Assembly (NCBI RefSeq): GCF_004010195.1
Contig: NC_057719.1
Location: forward strand, 53,379,445-53,435,084
Source of the DNA: Chiloscyllium plagiosum
Lineage: Eukaryota
Direction of reading: 5' to 3'
DNA: 55,640 nucleotides
Made by a program: the position numbers and the translations under genes. The notes under the pieces were generated by a model. The model was not told the DNA's origin. It was given only the letters and a program-made list of their open reading frames with translations, and did no database searches. Shown in pieces: positions 50,740 to 55,640 of the stretch (positions are counted from its first letter, which is position 1; each line of letters opens with the position of its first letter).

Positions 50740-52900
50740 CAAATTGCTAGAAAAGCTCAGCAGGTCTGGCAGCATTTGTGAAAAGAAATCAGAGTTAAGT
50801 TTTCATGTCCAGTAACCCTTCCTCAGAACTGATGGTAGCTAGGAAAATGTCAGTTTTATGCAGAAGATAGGGTGGGGGAGGGGATAAGGAGAAAACGATA
50901 AGTGAAGATAAACCCCAAAGAGAGAACAGTTGGGCAGACAAAGGAATGGATAACAATCTGGCAGGGAGGGTGAATAACGGTTAACGGAGACAATGGGTTG
51001 TGTGCAAGAGCAGACTGACACTTTTTCACCAGTTTTCAAGTTTCCAGTTAGCAGACTCCTGTTGCCAGCTCTTCACCAATCCCTCTACATGTTCAACCTT
51101 TATCAGGATTGTCTTTGGGCTCTCTGCTTCTTCCTGGAAGCAAGGCCTGGACTGTCCTCACCTACTACCAGCCTCCTCCACCTTGCCGAGTTCATCCTCA
51201 CCCTTAACAATTTCTCTTAATTCCTCTCATTGTCTTCAATTCAGATGGGTGGCCATGGATATGTGGATGGGGTACGTGGAATATTCCTTGTTCCAGTCCA
51301 ATTCCAGCCCCCAACCCTTTGTTCCATGATTCAATCATATCAGTGCTGCTTCCCTATCATCCAGAATTAGGGTTGTTTAATCAATCTTGCTTCTAATATC
51401 CACCCCACCCTTACTTCCAACTGGTCCAGTTCTGACTCCACCCTTCCTCGACATCCATTTCTGGAGACAGACTGGCCACTAATATTCACTGTAAAACCAT
51501 CAATTCCCACAGTGACCTGAACTATATATCATCGCGCCCTGCTTCCTGTAAAGATTCTATTCCATTCCCCCAGTTCTTATGTCTCCATTGCATTTATTCT
51601 GATAAGGCTAACTTCAACAAGGGAACTTCCAAAATGTCCACCTTCTTCCTCAACAGAGGATCCCCCAGTACTGTTGTTGACTGGCCCCTCAATCGGGTCC
51701 AAGCCATCCAATGCACTCCTGTTGTCATCCCCTCTCTTCCTTCCTACAACAGCGATAGGATTCCCCTTATCCTTTCCTACCATCCCACTAGCATCCACAC
51801 CCAAATCAGCCACCATTTCCACCACCTCCAGTGAGATGCCACCACCAGACACATATTCCCCTCCCTTGTATACTTTCCTCAAAGACACCCTCATCCACAC
51901 TTCCTTCACTTGCAACAGGCACCCATAGCCCCATGGCATCTTCCCCTGCAAAAGTGTAACACTTACCCATTTACTTTCTCCCTCCTCCAAGGGCCCAAAC
52001 ATACATTCCAGGTGAAGCAGTGCTTTACCTGCACTTCTCACAATCTAGTCTACTGCATTCACTGCTCACAATGTGGTCTCCTCCACACTGGGAAAATGAA
52101 GTGTAGACTGGGTGACCACTTTGCCCAACACCTACATTCTGCCTGCAAAAATTACTTGAGCTTCCAGTTGCTTGCCACTTTAACACACCACTCTGTTCCC
52201 TGGTCAATGTCTGACTCATTTGCTGCAGTGCCTCAATGAAGCTCAGTGTAAGCTGGAAGATCAACACTTCATTTTCCACTTGGGAACCCTGCAGCCTTCT
52301 GGACTCTATCGAGTTCAATAATTTTAGAGCTTGAACTCTTGTATGTCCCAGCTCCCAGCACCCAACCCCACCCCTATACACCAGGCCTTATGATCACATT
52401 CTGGATCAGTGGTACTAGAAGAGCACAGCAATTCAGGCAGCACCCGACGAGCCGCATGAAGGGCTTTGGCGCAAAACGTCGATTTTGCTGCTCGTCGGAT
52501 GCTGCCTGAATTGCTGTGCTCTTCCAGCACCACTGATCCAGAATCTGGTTTCCAGCATCTGCAGTCATTGTTTTTATCTTGTGATCACATTGTCAGCCAC
52601 TAAAGTCTCCATTAACAGCTAGTCACCTCCTAGCCAGATTGTTATCCATTCCTTTGTCTGTCTAACTGTTCTTGTCTCTTTGTGCTCGATCCCCACCTAT
52701 CGTCTACTCCTTATCCTCTCCCCCATCCTATCTTCTGCATTAAAACCAGCATTTTCCTAGCTACCGTCAGTTCTGAGGGGGGGGGCCACCAACCCAAAAT
52801 GTTAACTTGGATTTCTCTTCACAGATACTACCAAACTTGAGCTTTTTCAGCAATTCTGTTTTTGCTTCTGATTTACAGCAGCCGCAGTTCTTTTGATTTT
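50740..52900 (+). mobile_element. Penelope-like retroelement (Neptune-like) with inverted 5' terminal repeat
   Basis: RT thumb TNIHCKTINSHSDLNYISSRPASCKDSIPF; GIY-YIG FTCTSHNLVYCIHCSQCGLLHTG..RLGDHFAQHL (ORF 51910); ~50740-50995 is the reverse complement of ~52600-52860. Confidence 0.9.
52401..52577. mobile_element. Fold-back PLE terminus (family A) nested in another PLE, 14 bp TSD
   Basis: CTTaTGATCACATT 52387-52400 and CTTgTGATCACATT 52578-52591; inverted arms. Confidence 0.85.
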
Positions 52901-53844
52901 TAATGTTGTTAGTTTGCCTTATTGTAATGCAGATTTTTTTATTCTATATCTATCATGAGCAAAAGAGATATCAACTGTTCTCGATGTGGAAGTCAGAGCG
53001 GTTGCCAGGTCACTCAGCTTGCTGCTTGCTTCTAAAGGACCTGTGTGGGAGGCTAGGCGCTGCCATCTCAATGTGCATGTCTTAAATATAAGCCACATGT
53101 ATCCATGTCAATAGAGATTGGCATCCAACACATACCAGCCTCGAAGAGTCCTCACAGCACATTCACGTGCAAATTGCTCCTGTATTTCAAATGTATATAT
53201 CAGCAACTATCAAGGACTATTGCAAGGCACTTTGTACTCATGGACATGTGCATAGTTAATCGACTGGACCAGGCTGCCTCTCCAGTTTGTTTGCTTGCTC
53301 TGTTAACACTGCCTCATTCTGAGCCAAACTGGATATTGACAGTATCTCTGCCCAGTCTTTGTTTTCATCTTTCAGCCAAAAATACAAGGCTCACAGAACT
53401 GCTGTATTGTCTTGTCAGAGACAAAGCCAAGAAGCTTGTTAGATGCCCTCAGTCAAGTCAAAGGAGACAGCGTTGGCCAGGGGTTCCCTGCACATGAAGG
53501 TCAGAAATATTATGAGTCTCCATTATGAGTCCATGGGCTTGGACATGATTAGTCAGCTGGCCAGGGCTGTCAGGGTCAATATGCAGTCCTCATAAGGTGG
53601 AAGAAGCTCAGTGTCATGCAACCAACTACGTCTCTTGATTCTTTCTGCCCTATTGTGGAATTACTCTCACTCACCCTAATGCACAGCAGCAATAACCCTG
53701 CAAGCCCTCAGCATTGACTATTCACTCGCTCGGGACACCTCCCCATCTGAACCAAAGTACAAGCTGTGCCACCCAGTTTCATCTCCCTTAATTCCTCTCT
53801 TCAATTCCATTGATCGCCTCCTTCCCACTCAAATGTGCACTTAA

Positions 53845-54712
53845 GTCATAGAGACTTACAGCACAGAAACAGACTTTGGTTCAGCTCGTCCATTCTGACC
53901 AGATATCCCATCCCAATCTAGTCCTACCAGCCATCACCCAGCCCATAACCCTCTAAACCCTTCCTATTCATATACCCATCCAGGTGCCTTTTAAATGTTG
54001 CAATCATACTAGCCTCCACCACTTCCTTTGACAGCCCATTCCACACATGCATCACCCTCCATGTGAAAAAGTTGCCTCTTTAGGTCTATTTTATATCTTT
54101 CCCCTCTCACCCTAAACTGATGCCCTCTAGTTCTGGACTCCCCCACATCAGGGAAAGACTGTCTATTTATCCTATCCATGCCCCTCATGATTTTGTAAGC
54201 CTCTATAAGGTCACCCCGCAACCTCCGACGCTCCAGGGAAAACAGCCTCAGCCTGTTCACCCTCTCCCCATAGCTCAAATCCTCCAACCCTGACAACATC
54301 CTTGTCAATCTTTTCTGAACCCTTTCAAGTTTCTCAACATCCTACCAATAAGAAGGAGACCAAAATTGCATGAAATATTCCAAAAGCGGCTTAACCAATG
54401 TTCTGTACAGCCATAACATGACCTCCCAACTCCTGTACTCAATACTCTGACCAATAAAGGAAAGCATATCAAACACCTGCTTCACTATCCTACCTTCCTT
54501 CGACTCCACTTTCAAGAAACTATGAACCTGCACTCCAAGGTCTGTTTGTTCAGCAACACTCATGGAGGACCTTACCATTAAGTGTATAAGTCCTGCTAAG
54601 ATTTGCTTTCCCGAAATGCAGCACCTCGCATTTATTTCAATTAAACTCCAGCTGACATTCCTCAACCCATTGGCCCATCTGATCAAGATCCTGTTGTAAT
54701 CTGAAGTAACCT
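53845..54712 (-). mobile_element. CR1 3' portion
   Basis: ORFs 54342 and 54009 (LYRTLVKPLLEYFMQFWSP; FSLERRRLRGDLIE). Confidence 0.95.
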
Positions 54713-54856
54713 CTATTTCTTTATCAGTGACTGGTTAAAAATGTACCTTTTTGGTTTATCTATTAATTGGTTTTTAGAAAAAGACTATAGCAGAGAGGTA
54801 TCAGAAAGTATTTTAACTCAAATTTATGCAAAGTAATAAAGTAATTAACTAAGCAG

Positions 54857-55640
54857 ATGGCTGGGCAGGTGATGTATGATGTGGGAGCTGGCTGATCCCA
54901 TTGTGAATGACAGTGACCACATCTGCAGCAAGTGTTGGTTGCTGGAAGAGCTCCGGATCAGAGTTGATGATCTGGAATCTGAGCTTCAAACACTGCGGCG
55001 CACCCGGCAGGAGGAGTGTTACCTGGACACTTTGTTTCAGGAGGCAGTCACACCTGGGAGATTAAGTAATTCACATTCAGTTAGTGATCAGGGACATCAG
55101 AGTGTGACTGTAAGTGAGGCAGCTAGGGGGAACCTGAGTTCAGGAGTGCAGGAGCCTCAGCCCTTGACCTTGTCCAACAGATGAGATTCTTGCTCCCTGT
55201 ACGAATGAGGAAAAGGGCTCTGGACAGGATGAGCCAGCTGACCACGGCACCAGGGGGCAGAAGGCCATGCAAGAGGGGGGAGCAAGTATCCTTTGCAAGC
55301 TGGATCGGGAGTCTCGCATGGTGTGTGATGCCTGCCCAGTGCCAGGGTGTGGGACATCTCCGACTGGCTTGAAAGGATATTGGAGCGGGAGGGGGAGGAT
55401 CCAGTTGTTGTGGTCCACGTTGGGACTAACATAGGCAAAGCTAGGGTGGAGGACCTGTTTGGGGATCATCAAGCACTAGGAAGGAAATTGAAGTACAGAT
55501 CCTCAAGGATCATCTCTGGATTACTGCCCGAGCCACGTGCCAATTGGCGTAGGGATAAGAAAATTAAGGAAGTCAACACGTGGCTAAGGGATTAGTGTGG
55601 GAAAGAGGGATTCCACTTCATGGGGCATTGGCATCAGTTT
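54857..55640 (+). mobile_element. CR1 ORF1 (zinc-finger/leucine zipper + SGNH esterase-like), frameshifted, runs off window
   Basis: MWEL..DHICSKCWLLEELRIRVDDLESELQTL; LERILEREGEDPVVVVHVGTN; IISGLLPEPRA. Confidence 0.9.

Noticed and set aside
16981..52568. Recurrent LLLLGCCL peptides in many ORFs as a gene family
   Set aside because: Incidental translation of the non-coding PLE family A 3' end
1..55640. CRISPR array, rRNA or prokaryotic operon
   Set aside because: No regularly spaced repeats or dense ORFs; sequence is vertebrate repeat-rich DNA

Overview
Eukaryotic, repeat-dense, essentially non-coding DNA from a cartilaginous fish. The HE1-type tRNA SINEs, shark CR1 LINEs and Penelope-like 3' ends resemble those of carpet/bamboo sharks; this taxon call is from recall, not a search. 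I find no intact protein-coding gene, and the ORF track is decayed transposon ORFs or noise. Contents: many CR1 (and some L2-like) LINE fragments, about six HE1 SINEs, DeuSINE remnants, PIF/Harbinger transposase, Myb/SANT and MITE relics, 2-3 solo LTRs, and over a dozen Penelope-like (PLE) insertions. Highlights: (1) the PLE ends carry four distinct minimal hammerhead-ribozyme motifs (CTGANGA-stem-GAAA-palindromic tetramer), often as short fold-back insertions with 8-16 bp target duplications whose turning point sits at the ribozyme core; (2) an orphan CDK20-like kinase exon with its splice donor but no usable acceptor; (3) a 5.5 kb nest of insertions inside a TIR/TSD-bounded DNA transposon; (4) a ~250 bp inverted duplication; (5) a young CpG-rich LTR-like insertion. 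Repeat boundaries were read by eye and are approximate unless TSD/TIR coordinates are given.
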